Shown here in pieces: positions 26,040 to 39,300 of a stretch of DNA of 64,000 bases. The first letter of the stretch is position 1; the number at the start of each line of letters is the position of its first letter. The position numbers and the translations under genes are program-made. The notes under the pieces are model-generated. The model was given only the letters and a program-made list of their open reading frames with translations. It did no database searches and was not told where the DNA came from. Source of the stretch: Octopus sinensis. Lineage: Eukaryota. The DNA lies in the NCBI RefSeq assembly GCF_006345805.1, contig NC_042999.1:102920001-102984000 (forward strand), given 5' to 3'.

Positions 26040-26449
26040 GTATGTATTGGTAAGTATGTTTACACACAATTTATGTGCTATTTATGTGTATATGCATATA
26101 TATGTATCTTGGTGTGAATGAACGGGAGGAAAATGTTTATTATATGTACAGAGTTAGATAAGCATTGCTAACACATCTGAGCATTTGTTGGCGATGAAAA
26201 TGTTGTCTTATAAGAAATATCACGTTCAGAGTGAAGCTGATATATTTATAATGTATATTTTTTATGGAAAATATAGAATTTATGAAAAGAAATTATCTTA
26301 AAAATTGCCGGAAAATTTCTTATCTTTATATTCTAATAATGTCATTTACGCCGAGATTTATATTGCTGTAATAAAAAAAAAAACGCAGAAGGAATAGTGT
26401 ATACATACACACACATATATGAATATATATGAACATATTGACATACAAA

Positions 26450-27200
26450 TATGGAATCTTTTAGACGCTTTGGTCATACTGTGGTCCTGCTGAATTCCTC
26501 AGTCTGGGGTATTTCCCATTGCCACTCCTGTGTGTGCCTTTGTCCCAGCCGTTGGCCCATTTGGTGTATAATGGAGTTTGATTCCGCTACCTGGTCCGTA
26601 CCTGATGTCGGGTATTTTGAAGAGGATGATGTCTAGTTCCGTTTTGAAGACATCAACTTCCATCTTATGCAGATTTCTTAATTTTTGTGGCAAGGCATTG
26701 AAGAACTGTGGGCCTTTGAAACCTATGCTATTGCAATAACTGGTCCTGAAATTAGATGGGGTGTATGACACCTTTGGTATGATGCAAATGCATCCAGTTC
26801 TGGTATTTGTATAACACCCAATGCCGAATATAGGTGCTAGCCCTTCTAATGTTTCCATATGCAGATTATTACATAAATGTTGCGCCTTCGCTCCTGGGAG
26901 TAAATTTGCAATTTTTTTAGCCTCTTCCCCTAGCTCATCCGCTGCATTGCTTCAATCTTTTTAGTGTAGTGGCGTTGGACTGCTTCAAGCTCTGCTGTTA
27001 GTTTGACACTATGTGTTGACCGTAACTGGGAGCAGTAGTACAAGCACCTGAAAACAGAGGTTCTCCATTGGGTCAATATAGTTTTTTGGTCTCTTGTCTT
27101 GAAAAACCTTGATATTCATGCTGCCAGTTGTCTGCACTTTGCAGTAATCTTGGTAATGTGAATATTGATCCCCAAGTCTTTCACAGACTGTGATTATGTA
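26450..27200 (-). mobile_element. CR1/L2-like LINE, 3' part of RT ORF2, decayed
   Basis: QSVKDLGI, YYCSQL, ELEAVQRHYTKKI, LQIYSQERRR, GPQFFNALPQKLRNL and VFKTELD. Confidence 0.85.
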
Positions 27201-27520
27201 TGTATATAAATCGGGGTCAAGGTGTTGCACTCATGGTTTTGATTCCCGGGCCGGGGGTGGAGCATTGAGTTCTGGAGCAAGACATTACATTTCATGTTGC
27301 TCTGCGAGCATTTCGATATCTGACGTGTGATACACATGTGCGCTTGTACACATTTACACAAACAAACTGAACATCTATGTGGTTGTTCAGCAAGAAATTA
27401 CAGGACCCTCATTCATCGTTTAACTATGGGAGAGTCTAGAACATGCATGTATACATACATACATTCATACGTACATACATACATACATACATACATACAT
27501 ACATACATACATGCATACAT

Positions 27521-27793
27521 GTTGTTGTTGTTATTTGTTTGTTCCTTCTCGGGCCGTGCCTGGCTCATAAGGGCCGGTTTTTCGGTTTCATTAGCACATA
27601 GGTTCTCCAGGAGGAAAGAGTAAGAGAAAGTTGTGGCGAAAGAGTCAGTAGGAGCTCGCCATTACCTTCTGCCGGAGCCGCGTGAACCTTAGGTGTTTCG
27701 TCCATAAACACGCATATATTCCGGTCTGAGAATCGAACCCGCCATCCCTCGACCGGGAGTCCACTGCTCTAACCACGAGACCCTATGCCTCCA
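27521..27793 (-). mobile_element. SINE family C copy with internal deletion
   Basis: Reverse-complement homologue of 55962-56262; (AAC)n tail. Confidence 0.8.
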
Positions 27794-27830
<37 letters not shown>

Positions 27831-27860
27831 ACACACACACACACACACATATATATATAA

Positions 27861-28962
27861 ATTTGGAAACGACATGCTGTACTACTTGACATTCGCGTCG
27901 GAAGTTCCAATACGAATATTTCAGAGAGTGTTTGGGTGTCAATCTGAGGACAGTGCAGAGGATTCGGAAAGAGTTGGATGAGTCTAATGGTGCTTACGAA
28001 GGTACAGCAGCTCGGAAAACCCACTCTGATCGTTCTGATAAAAATAAGAACTGAATTTGTTGATGAGATCCAGGCAGAGATCCCTCCAAGTCGATCAGGT
28101 TCATCGCCAGGGATATGGGAGTGTCTGAGTTTCTTTATCAGGCAAGCAGTGCATGAAGATATTCGGTATTCTTCATACAAAATGAGAAAGGGCCAATTTT
28201 TATCCCAAACCATCAAGGACAAGAGGAAAGATCCCGCTACGAAGCTTTTGAACAATCTTAAATATTCCCTCCAACCGAACATGCTTTGGTTTTTCTCAGA
28301 CGAGAAAAATTTCTGACAGGATCAGATGGTGTCCATACAGAGCAACCGCTGGTTTGCCTTGTAACCAAAACATGTACGTAGAGTGATAAAAATCAAACAC
28401 CCAGTCAACATCATGATGTTTGGATTGATTACTAGTGATGGCGACGTTATGCCTCCATTCATCTTCCCACACGGCCTCATGAAATGCTTGGAGGAGGTAA
28501 TGCTGCCCTAGATCAAGAGTGTGGTTTGTGGTTGCTAGAAGACACTATGCCTAGAAACAAGATTCTGCACCATGCCACACAAGCAGGAGAATCCAGTCAT
28601 ATCTGTCAGGCAATTTCTGCGACCACATCACCCAAAACATGTGGTCACCTAACACCCCAGACTGCAACCCCCTTGATGTGTGAGACGCAGTTGGGTGAGA
28701 GTCTAACAAAACACCTTGTAACATCAACTGTACGCAAGGATTATGGCAGCATTGACCAACATAAACAAGGAAACCGTCTAGAAGATTACGAAATCGTCTG
28801 GAAGCTGTGGTTGATGCCAAAGGCGATTTTATAGATTAGATCTACTGTTTAGTATTTCAAGATATTTTAATGTAGTTTTGGTAAATATATCTGTTAAAAT
28901 GAGATGTCAGTGTTATTTTCCTTTTTTCGTAATTTCGACGACAGTTTATCCACCGCACCCTG
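27861..28962 (+). mobile_element. maT/DD37D-like Tc1-mariner fossil
   Basis: WFFSDEKNF and IKHPVNIMMFGLITSDGDVMPPFIF. Right TIR ...CCACCGCACCCTG|TA. Confidence 0.85.
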
Positions 28963-29204
28963 TATATATATAGTTTATAGATGACCGACATATATTCTCC
29001 ATACAGAAAACACTACATAGTGGTCAAGAGGTTTAGATTTGAGCAGGAAGAGAAGTAAATGTAAAAACAAGCAAGTTAGGCAAGTCGATATTAAATACAT
29101 ATAATACAAAAAATATACATATGTTTTCATAAAAAATGATCCGACATCATCACTAAAGTTCCTGATATCATTCCAATCCAGTGTAAGTCGGACATTTATA
29201 TATA

Positions 29205-29242
<38 letters not shown>

Positions 29243-29342
29243 NNNNNNNNNNNNNNNNNNNNNNNNNNNNNNNNNNNNNNNNNNNNNNNNNNNNNNNNNN
29301 NNNNNNNNNNNNNNNNNNNNNNNNNNNNNNNNNNNNNNNNNN
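29243..29342. other. Assembly gap (100 N)
   Basis: Run of N, preceded by (TA)n. Confidence 1.
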
Positions 29343-29811
29343 GATGAAGGAATATAATAATCAAATTGTATTCCGAAATGGCGAGAGAAAAATAAGTAAA
29401 CATTTATATTTTCACTGTCACATATAATGTATTAAACAAGATATGCAGAAAAGTTCATACTCGTAACAGACACATATACTTACCCAGATACACTCACACA
29501 CACAAAATCATATATAAGCACAAAGTGCATATATGCAAAATATGCGAATAAAAATACACAAATATACACAAAGTTAGACAAACTTGGATAGGTACACATC
29601 ACACACACATACACACACCACACACAAACACACACACACGCACATACACACACACACACACTCACACACACACACAAATTCATCCACACTTTTATAGTAG
29701 AAATAGCGGGCTTCCAACATCAAAGGAAAGAAATCCGAGAATGTATCTCATATGCTCACATATAAGCACATATTCATTTGCAGAACCACACACACCTTTC
29801 AATTTAAGCAA

Positions 29812-29845
<34 letters not shown>

Positions 29846-29856
29846 CATACATACAT

Positions 29857-29887
<31 letters not shown>

Positions 29888-30111
29888 TATATATATATGT
29901 GTGTGTATGTGCATATATATGTTTATATGCATGCCTATATTATGATATATTATGAATGTACACATATAGTATATATAAATACATGCTCAAGTGTATGCGG
30001 TTGTGCATATACGTATGCACACATAAAAACACACACACACACACATATATATATATGCGTATATATATGTGTGTGTATGTACATATATGTATACACATAT
30101 GTATATATAAT

Positions 30112-30166
<55 letters not shown>

Positions 30167-30412
30167 TGTATAATATATTATATATGTGTCTGTGTATGTA
30201 TATATATATATACAACACACCAAACCTCCTCCGCATTAGTGGTGGTGGTGATGGTGGTAGTGAGTTTCCATTGTTCAGGATTCAGTTGTTTGACCAACTG
30301 ATTACTGATTTAGTATTTCACCGTCACGTATTGATTGACTTAACTTAATTCTTAGGTAGGTAGAATCAACAAGACACAAAAGCTTGACACGCTTGTACCT
30401 TTGGAATTGCAG

Positions 30413-30470
30413 GTACAATCCACCAGATGGATATCTATGCAATTTTCGTCTAGATCGTTCCACTCACAAG
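30413..30470 (+). CDS. Candidate internal exon, unidentified protein (xYNPPDGYLCNFRLDRSTHK)
   Basis: Acceptor ...CCTTTGGAATTGCAG, donor AAG|GTATGA, open frame across 58 nt with a stop just inside the intron. Confidence 0.35.
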
Positions 30471-30615
30471 GTATGACACGATCGGAACTTATAGAAGCTG
30501 GTATTTGCCCGAGATGTGAAAGATGTAAAACTCTGCTGTGTTTCTTGTATTTCCATCATATTTTCTTTCAACTGAAGAATGATTATGTCCGAAACACACG
30601 CGCGCGCGCGCGCAC

Positions 30616-30657
<42 letters not shown>

Positions 30658-30677
30658 AACCACACACACACGCGCGT

Positions 30678-30713
<36 letters not shown>

Positions 30714-30859
30714 ACACACACACACACACACACATATAAATGAACAATCTTTTGTACATTCACAAAATTTTATTTGCCAAGTTCGAGAAATAAAAAGATT
30801 TTTTTCCAAAAATTCTGACTTTTTTCTCGATATACAATTTCTTTACATCACACCTAACA

Positions 30860-30907
<48 letters not shown>

Positions 30908-31087
30908 GAAAACTCCATTAGAATGGGGGAAAGCGCTAATGATCTAAGTGATATGATATATATATAAAAAATGTAATATATAAATAAATATCTGTAAATA
31001 TAAACCATCCGATCTTCCGATTACCTCATTTCTTCTAATATATATTTATATATACACATATACAAACAGGCACACACACACACACAC

Positions 31088-31120
<33 letters not shown>

Positions 31121-31144
31121 CACACACACACACATATCCACGCA

Positions 31145-31549
31145 GGCGTAAGTGTGTGGTAAGAACCTTGTTTCTTAAACACATGGTTCCGCATTCAGTC
31201 CTACTGGGTGGCATCTTGGATAAGAGTCTTCTACTATAACCCTCGGATCGTCTAAGGCCTTTGTGAGTAGATCTGGTTGATGGAAACTGAAAGAAGCCCG
31301 TCGTATATCTATATATGTATAGATACATCTATGTGCGTATGTATTTGTGTCTGTTTTTGTCCCCTCCCACTATCACTTGGCAACTGGCGTTGGAGTGTTT
31401 GCATGTCCGTAACTTAGCGGTTCGGTAAAAGATTGTTAGAATAAGCACTCAGCCTAACTAATAAGCTCTATGACCGATTTGTTCAACAAAAACGCCCTAG
31501 AAGGCGGTGCTCCAGCATGGCCACATTCAAAAGGTCTGAAGCAAGTAAA

Positions 31550-31550
<1 letters not shown>
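31145..31550 (+). mobile_element. SINE family A copy
   Basis: Homologous to 3582-3959. Confidence 0.85.
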
Positions 31551-31599
<49 letters not shown>

Positions 31600-31661
31600 T
31601 TTTATTTATATATATATATATTATATATATATTCTTTATATATTTATATATATATATAGAT

Positions 31662-31958
31662 TCTTTTATTTATTTCAGTCATTTGACTGGGGCCATGCTA
31701 GAACAAATCGACCCCAGGATTTATTCTTTGTAAGCGTAGTACTTATTCTATCGGTCTCTTTTGCCGAACCGCAAATCGGTTGTCAAGCGATTGTGGGGGA
31801 CAAAGACAGACACCCATACATATATACGACAGGCTTCTTTCAGCTTCCGTCTACTAAATCCACTCGAAGCTATAGTATAAGACACTTGGCCAAGGTGCCA
31901 AGCAGTGGGATTGAACCTGGAACCATGCTATTTACCACACAGCCATTTCTGCGCCTAT
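31662..31958 (-). mobile_element. SINE family A copy with internal deletions
   Basis: Reverse-complement homologue of 3582-3959. Confidence 0.8.
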
Positions 31959-32899
31959 AGCCACTCCTGCACCTATATATTTATATATATAACATTTCTA
32001 CCACTTATGATATATTTATACACACATATGTGCATATATATCTGCATATATATAATACGCACACAGACTTGCGCATTCCTATGCAAATATTGATTTGCAT
32101 ATGTACACAATATTGTATAATGAATACGCTTTATTGTCTCTAAGAGAATACACATACATTCACAGATACACACACTCATACTCGATCCCATCCCCACTCG
32201 CATAGACACACACTGATTCCAATACACATTTCGACACATGTACTTCGTCAAACCTTTCAGGTTCTTCGTTTCCCAATTCTCAGAACACAAGCAATTATTC
32301 GAAATATAAAGTCAATTTAACTCCGCATAGAAGTTAATTCGATATATTAGTACTTCAATATTTACTTTATAGAATTCTGGTCGCTCAATCAATTTAGTTT
32401 GATCAAATAAAAAGGTAAACATTAAAATGCTGTTTTTACTAACCCTACGCTTCAGTTTAACTAAAGTATTCATATATAGACATATATGAACAATTTCTAA
32501 GCATACATACAGAAGGAAAATTTACATTGTACCAACACACATACATATACACAGATATACACACGCACACAGTCATAAACACTCACAATCTCACACGCAC
32601 ATACCCGCACACACACACACTCACACACACATGTACTAGGACATAGAAGATGATTGTTTCTGTGAAAGTTAACTATTAAATACGAAACCTTTTTCTTTAA
32701 AATATTAAAACCGAGCAGATGACCAGCCGTAACAAATATTAAATTTCTAATCAGGAGACGAGGGAATTCAACAATCATACATATATATACACATGCATAT
32801 ATGATGGCTGTCCACTTGTAACCAAGGAAAGCTATTACTGACAAACTTATACTTTACACTTGCGCCTCCGTTGGTGACTAACGAGCCCTACTCTTATTT

Positions 32900-33118
32900 C
32901 TTATTTCTGTATTGCCCACAAGGGGCTAAACATAGAGGAACAAACAAGGACACACAAAGGGATTAAGTCGATTACATCACCTCCAGTGTGTAACTGGTAC
33001 TTAACTAATCGACCACGAAAGGATGAAAGGCAAAGTCGACTTCGGTGGAATTTGAACTTAGAATGTAACGGCAGACGAAATTCCTATTTCTTTTCTACCC
33101 ACGAGGGGCTAAACACAG
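32900..33118 (-). mobile_element. SINE family B variant
   Basis: GAAAGGATGAAAGGCAAAGTCGAC core; the segment CCCAC(A/G)AGGGGCTAAACA occurs twice. Confidence 0.75.
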
Positions 33119-33335
33119 AGAGCGTATAGGTGAACATTGGCGGGAGCTCAAAGAAGGGAAAAACACGTCAGTGCTCTACCAACATGCTCAGGCAGAGAGA
33201 ATGGAGGCTCAATTAATAGCATAGAGGTTAAAGTACTATCGATACATAGGACTGACACGACACTTAGACAGATTACAGAGGCTACACACATAGCAGTGGA
33301 CAGACGGAGCCTCAATAGAAAACACGAATGGAAGA
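33119..33335 (+). pseudogene. Penelope-like GIY-YIG endonuclease C-terminal fragment
   Basis: ERIGEHWRELKEGKNTSVLYQHA / NGGSINSIEVKVLS...LRQITEATHI...LNRKHEW (one frameshift), typical of PLE ORF ends. Confidence 0.7.
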
Positions 33336-34185
33336 GTAGCACCTACCACCTCACCACACGACTAAAGAAAGTAGGGATGAGAAGAGAGAGGGAAAGGGAA
33401 AAAACGTAAATAATACACAGAAACATACAGAGTAATACATACAATAGGCATATATGCACTTACCTGTGATACTTATGAGAACTAGAGATAGATGTATAAA
33501 ATAACAACAATAATAATGATAATAATGATAATAATAATAATAATATCTATAACCAAATAAATAAATATATGTCACATACCTGTGATAAATGTAAGACAAA
33601 GATAGATACAATAAATAAATAAATAAAACTATATAAAGTGCATCAATACATACGAAGCAAACCCATACACACACGCGTGAAATTTCATGGACGGCCATAA
33701 CAATGTCAACAATATATCTAACACAGTCAGCAGCAGCGGCGGTGCCAATGATGCCAATAACAACAATAATAACTACTACGATGGCAACACCGTGGGCGAC
33801 GCACACACTGAGGAATACAGGAACTGTACCATATTCTTTTTCGGGTCTTAGGACAGCAGCAACCCATGAGGTGAGAAGATAGGTCTGAGGTGAAGGCCAC
33901 ACTCCTGCTAAAAACTATGACACACACACACAAGCATACACCTCTCCCCACCACAAGGCACAAACGCATGGGCACATAAGGATACACGCCTTAGAAGGAC
34001 AGAATAGAGTAAGTGGAGCAAGAACACACACGAAAACGAAAAGTATTGCTGAAGTGTAAATGAGTGACGAAATATTTCCGGACAATGGACATGAGTTAAA
34101 ATAATAAAATAAGAACAGTAATGAACGAGTGAAGAAAAAGTATAGAGAGTGTGTGTTTATTTGGTAAAAAAAGGGTTAAACTAAA

Positions 34186-34570
34186 GTGTTTGACCCGAGC
34201 AAAAAAACAAAAGAAAAATAGTGTAATTGGTGTAAAACAACTTGCTCTAATCGAATATGACAAAAAAAAAAAAAATGCGCGCTCGCGAACGGGGTGGCGT
34301 GGGGGATAGGACTCGGAAAATTCACATCGTCAGACCATGGCCTTTAAGCTATAGTGTTTGATCCGAGCGAAAAAGAAAAGAAAAGAAAATAGTGTAATTG
34401 GTGTATAGCAACTTGCTCTAATCGAATAAGAAAAAAATTGCGCGCTCGCGAACAGGTGTTGGGGAGAGGACTCGGAAAATTCTCATCGTCAGACCATGGC
34501 CTTTAAACTATAGTGTTTGACCCGAGGAAAAAAGAAGAAAAAATAGTGTAATTGGTGTAAAACAATTTGA
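34186..34570. repeat. Tandem repeat, ~160-168-bp unit, ~2.4 copies
   Basis: GTGTTTGA(C/T)CCGAG at 34186, 34354 and 34513. Confidence 0.85.
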
Positions 34571-34626
34571 AGAGTAGATGTTTGTAAGCCATTCAAGAAC
34601 ACACACACACACACACTCACACACAC

Positions 34627-34684
<58 letters not shown>

Positions 34685-35549
34685 ACACACAAGGAGAAGC
34701 GATTGAAACACAAAGACACAAAAGGAAACGCTTTGAAACCGAGACTTGTTCACTGACAAAACAGATGCAGCACAAGTTTTTGTCAGGATTTTGCCATGGT
34801 TTCAAAGAACGAAAATATTTAGACACAAACGAAATTTAAATTTTGCAGTGAAAGTAACGGCTTTTGTTGTTCTGGAATTGCTTACAAACATCTTACACGC
34901 TGCAAATTCTCTTAAATATTCAACCTTACCCTGCCCCTATTTACAAAACTTTCCACTCTTTTTCGTTTGTTTTTTTTCTATTCTTTATACAGACAGTTCA
35001 TGTTATTAAAATAAATTTTCTTTAACCTTCCTTTAGATTGTTATCTTAGCAACCAATCTCCCTCAAAACACCTACTGTCGTAATCTGACAATTCTGCCTA
35101 TTATGTAGTTTGAATGATAAACTAAAGATTAAGATTATTAACCCCAAAACTTTAAGCTTTTAAATAGCAATAAATTTTTTTCTCTGTTTTGCTTAATTAA
35201 AATGGTTACCCTTTAACTCGTAATTTTTCGTGTCAGCTGTAAAGGTGAAGAGGGTTAACTTGGACGGTGTTAAGTAGTGGAAATGATCGGTGATTGTATG
35301 TGGTTGTTACTTTTCACTGGTTCTTCTCAATAAGGATATTTGATTGATAATGAATCTTAACACAATATATAAACAACTTCAAGTGGAATCAGACAGAGAA
35401 AGGAGAGACACAGCATAGCGGTAGTTTTGGCTGATTGTCATCCTGAGCGCCCCTTGTTGCTAGCGAAATGGTATGTGCCGGCTGTCAGAGCAACTGGTTG
35501 CTTTTTAATGGCGGAACAAGCAGGACAAAACGATTACAAAAATAGCAAT

Positions 35550-35695
35550 TCTTACTTTGAAGTTAGCAATTTCGAAAATCGTTTTAGATTACGGAACGCC
35601 TCATGTTTAAAATTTCAGCGCGATCGGATGAACAATGCTCGAGTTATAAGCGCACAGACAGACAAAATGGAATTTATATATATATATATATATAT
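35550..35695 (-). mobile_element. Helitron/DINE-like 5' end fragment
   Basis: Minus strand TATATATAAA...GTCTGTCTGT...TAACTCGAG...CCGATCGCGCTGAAATTT. Confidence 0.45.
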
Positions 35696-36286
35696 ATACT
35701 TCATTAAAAAGCAGCAAAAATATCACATGAACTGTTACTCACTGTTCCACGTTCCTGTTCATTGGACAGTTTGGGTTAGAATGGAGCAAGATAAAGTTAT
35801 ATGCAGAAATACAATTACTTTGATAGATACACATTTGAAAATGGTTTTGTTTCATTGGTATTGGTCCTTTCAACTAACAGACTTTTCAATAACCGGTTGA
35901 GTGATATAGGAAATTGCGGTTTAAAATCATATTATTATAATAATCGACGAAGAGCCTTAATTCAAAAATAGCTTAGAAAGAAAGAAAAACCCTGAATACC
36001 CAGGGTAAATAATTTGCTATACAAATACTAATAAATTCTATTGAACCTTTGGAGGGGTCTTATGCCGGTAATAAAAGATACATCCGTTTCAAATATTTTC
36101 ATGGTAGATTACGTATACATTTGGTAATATATACACATACCAAACAATCTATAATATACGTATATACACTAAACATACGCAGGTGCATGGCTACATACAT
36201 ATACAGACATATATAGGCAAGGCATAAATATATACAAATGCATATATATACATACATATATATATATATACTCATATATATATATA

Positions 36287-36317
<31 letters not shown>

Positions 36318-36320
36318 CTA

Positions 36321-36706
36321 CTTCAGGGAGTGACGACCCTGCCTGACACGAGTCCCGGGCTCAGCTGGCTCCAACTGACAGCACCCGGTATGAACCCCTA
36401 TCCAGGGTTACGGAAAGGAAACAACCTTCAAAGAAATCTGGAGTGGAGCTCCGTAGGTGGTTTAGTGTTCGACTCGACACTTTTCCGGCAGCTCCTGCAA
36501 CCAAGCTGGTGCCAAGCATAATGCTCTGCACGCCTTTGGACTACGTCAGCAAGGTCGAGAGAGGATTTCTCATGATTGAGCTATCCAGAATTTTCTTACT
36601 TCTAGTCCAAGCTTGCGCAAAACTGGAGAGGACATGAAATGTAAAATCCAGACTGGATTAGTTTATGCGCAACTCCATTGTCTCCCGAGACAAAAGGATG
36701 CCAACA

Positions 36707-36717
<11 letters not shown>
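36321..36717 (+). mobile_element. Short RTE-derived non-autonomous retroelement (5' UTR-like head + (CAA)n tail)
   Basis: GC-rich structured 5' part and a tail GGATGCCAACAATAACAACAAC. Family assignment is by recall. Confidence 0.5.
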
Positions 36718-36759
<42 letters not shown>

Positions 36760-37107
36760 GTGTGTGTGTGTGTGTGTGTGTGTGTATGTATGCATGCACA
36801 CGCACACGAAGAAAATCTCTTGGCGTATGCTTATGCAAGTTAGTTGTTACATTCGAAATATAAAAAAGAAAAAATCAGATAATAATAAGTGTGTGTGTGT
36901 GTGGGGGGGGGGGAGAAAAATGGAAAAACGAAAAAGAAAAAGAGAGCACAAAGAGAAGGAAAAAGAAAAAAAATACTTAGAAGATAGTTGTAAAATGATG
37001 TTTTGTGCGACGAATACATAAAAATGCGCACATAAAATTACGTGTATTTCTACATTAATTCAATATACACACATAGATACGCATACATATATACAAAAAA
37101 ATATGTA

Positions 37108-37215
37108 CGCCTATATCGCAACATTGGTTTCTCCCGGGAGTCTCTTTCCATTCACATGTTCCCCATATCGCATCAGTTTAGGGATCCTGCTATCCTTCAT
37201 TCTAATATGGTACAT
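37108..37215 (-). pseudogene. RTE LINE ORF2 C-terminal fragment
   Basis: HIRMKDSRIPKLMRYGEHVNGKR resembles the RTE motif HVxRMxDxRIPKxLLYGELxxGKR. Confidence 0.7.
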
Positions 37216-37229
37216 AGATAAATTAGGTT

Positions 37230-38150
37230 ACTTATTAATGGTGCCCCATACAGTATTCTATTATTAATCCCATACTTACTTATTTTAACTATAATTATTT
37301 TTTTAATTTTCTAAAATTAACCCCCCTTTTTAAAATTTACTTTGAAAAATACTTTTATACCTCTATTGAAATATTACATCTCTTTTTATATCTCTTCTAT
37401 ATATATTCTTCTCATTTTCTTCTAATACATTTTTTTACCTAATTTCCTAATAGTACTTTTTATTAATTTCATTTGATATTGCCAATTAATATTCTTCCAT
37501 TACATATTATTAATATGTAATATGTAATAATAGTAATTTACACACTGTCTCCCTCTCCTAGATTTACTATTAATATTTATCTTCTCCCCCAATGTATTAC
37601 ATTACGTTATTGTTCTTCACCCAGCTATTATTAATTAATTTATTCATTTATATATATATATAGATATAGTTATTTTTCAGACCTTTATATAAAAAACATA
37701 TTTTTTATCTATAACTTTTTCTATATGTTTTTATTATACCTAAGATACATTAACTATCCATATTTACCTCCCCTTGACCACAATATTTTTTGCACAAATA
37801 AGCATGTTATCCCCAAAACTAAAAAATTATAAAATTTTTCTTTGGTATAAGTGATTTTTTCCTTGCTTTCTTATTTTATACACAACATATCAACTCCGTT
37901 CTGTTATATTGTTTCTTTTTTTACTTATTTATTTATTCTATTTTTAAATAATATTTTACATTACCGTTAATGATCCCTAATTGACTGAAACGCCACTTAT
38001 TAAAAAAATATGACCAATAAGCCTTCTTTTACTGATTTGATTAATACAAAATAGATTTAGGGGTGCCAGCTATTTTTTTTTTACCAAAGTAGGTACGTAT
38101 AACAAATACATTTTTATTCATTTATTATTGTTTTTTATTGAAGCCTATTT
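37230..38150 (-). mobile_element. Highly decayed L1/Tx1-like LINE 3' region
   Basis: Strand-biased A-rich minus strand; peptide RILYGAPLISNL. Weak evidence. Confidence 0.3.
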
Positions 38151-38213
38151 GAACATAAGTTTTTTGTGTATGAATCTAAGTAATAACATATTACTTACAG
38201 AAATATATATTTA

Positions 38214-38849
38214 CTAGCAGTATCGCCCGGCGTTGCTCGGGTTTGTAAGGGAAATAACTATATAAGCATTTTTAGAGAGTTATAGCCAAAAAATAGCAAA
38301 AAATGCATTAAAAATGGAAAAAATATGATGGTAAATTTTTTGAAAAATCGTTGACTCATCGTAGACATTTTTAGAGAGTTACTTCCCTTATATAATAGCG
38401 AAAAAATGCATTAAAATGGAAAAAAACGATGGTAATTTTTTTTTTAAATCGTAGACCCATGTAGACGCTTTCTTAGCCATTTCTGTTTTGGTGTCTTCAA
38501 GCCATGAAGTCGTTGTTCTAAAAGAACGCTGGTCTCCTTGACAACGCATTACGACGTTGATTTCCTTACACTCCCTTCCCCACAGGTGTAGGTGTGAGCG
38601 TGGACGCCAACTCCGCCGCCATCGACACACGAAAAATTATGCATTAAAATGGAATAAAAAATGATGTTAAATTATTTTTAAAATCGTAGACTCATCGTAG
38701 ACGCGCGCTAATACTCAGACGGGCTCGATATGAATCACGACTATAAGCTACCCGAATTTGGTTAAACTGCACCGCAAAATGTGGGAGTAGTTAGGAATCT
38801 AAATCGAAGGGGACAGACACTCACACAACTACAGTTTTATATATATAGA
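38214..38849 (-). mobile_element. Non-autonomous Helitron, both ends intact
   Basis: Minus strand starts A|TCTATATATATAAAACTG and ends with hairpin CCCGAGCAACGCCGGG then GCTAG|T; inserted at an AT dinucleotide. Confidence 0.85.
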
Positions 38850-38880
38850 TATACATAGCGCCAGTAGTGGTGAGATGTGA

Positions 38881-39300
38881 CAGCAAAGAAAAGCATACAT
38901 TCACTCTCTGCATGCAATTAGACTCGGAAAGTTCGTGAGGAACCCATTGACCCAATTTGCTGGCTTTTCCGATAGCACACAGGTCTCAATGAATGGTTGA
39001 ATGACCAAATCCAAGCTTCTCTGCTAGTTCCTCAACAGTTACGATGAGATTTTGTTCCACCAGGGTTTTCAGGATGTCCTTGTCGAGTTCTACAGATCTT
39101 TCAGGATGAGGCTCGTCTTCTAGGCTGTTCCAATATAGCTTTGAAAAAAATAGCTGTTAAAATCGAAATGCACTCTTCAAAACTTGCACTATGAATAAGG
39201 ACAAGATAAAATTACTACCTGCTTTTATAGCAAGTTAATATAAGTAGTTTATCCCATTCTCCTCTGACTTTTAGTTCAAGCTGTTGAAAAAACCGCATTA
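38881..39300 (-). mobile_element. Mariner 5' fragment (same family as 20490-21567)
   Basis: WVPHEL-type region; shares sequence with 21200-21567; partial TIR AAAAACCGCATTA. Confidence 0.8.

Noticed and set aside
30570-30605. CTGAAGA...GAAAC motif
   Set aside because: Stems I-III do not pair.
33448-33482. 18-nt microexon-like pattern on the minus strand with a perfect donor
   Set aside because: It lies in repeat-derived low-complexity sequence and a similar ATCACAGGT motif recurs nearby. Unsupported.
33800-33910. CTGAGGA/CTGAGG motifs downstream of the PLE fragment
   Set aside because: No GAAA in register and no stem I.
35740-35875. 43-codon open frame on the minus strand ending at a GTGAGT donor
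   Set aside because: Weak acceptor, no recognisable protein, and such cases are expected by chance over 64 kb.
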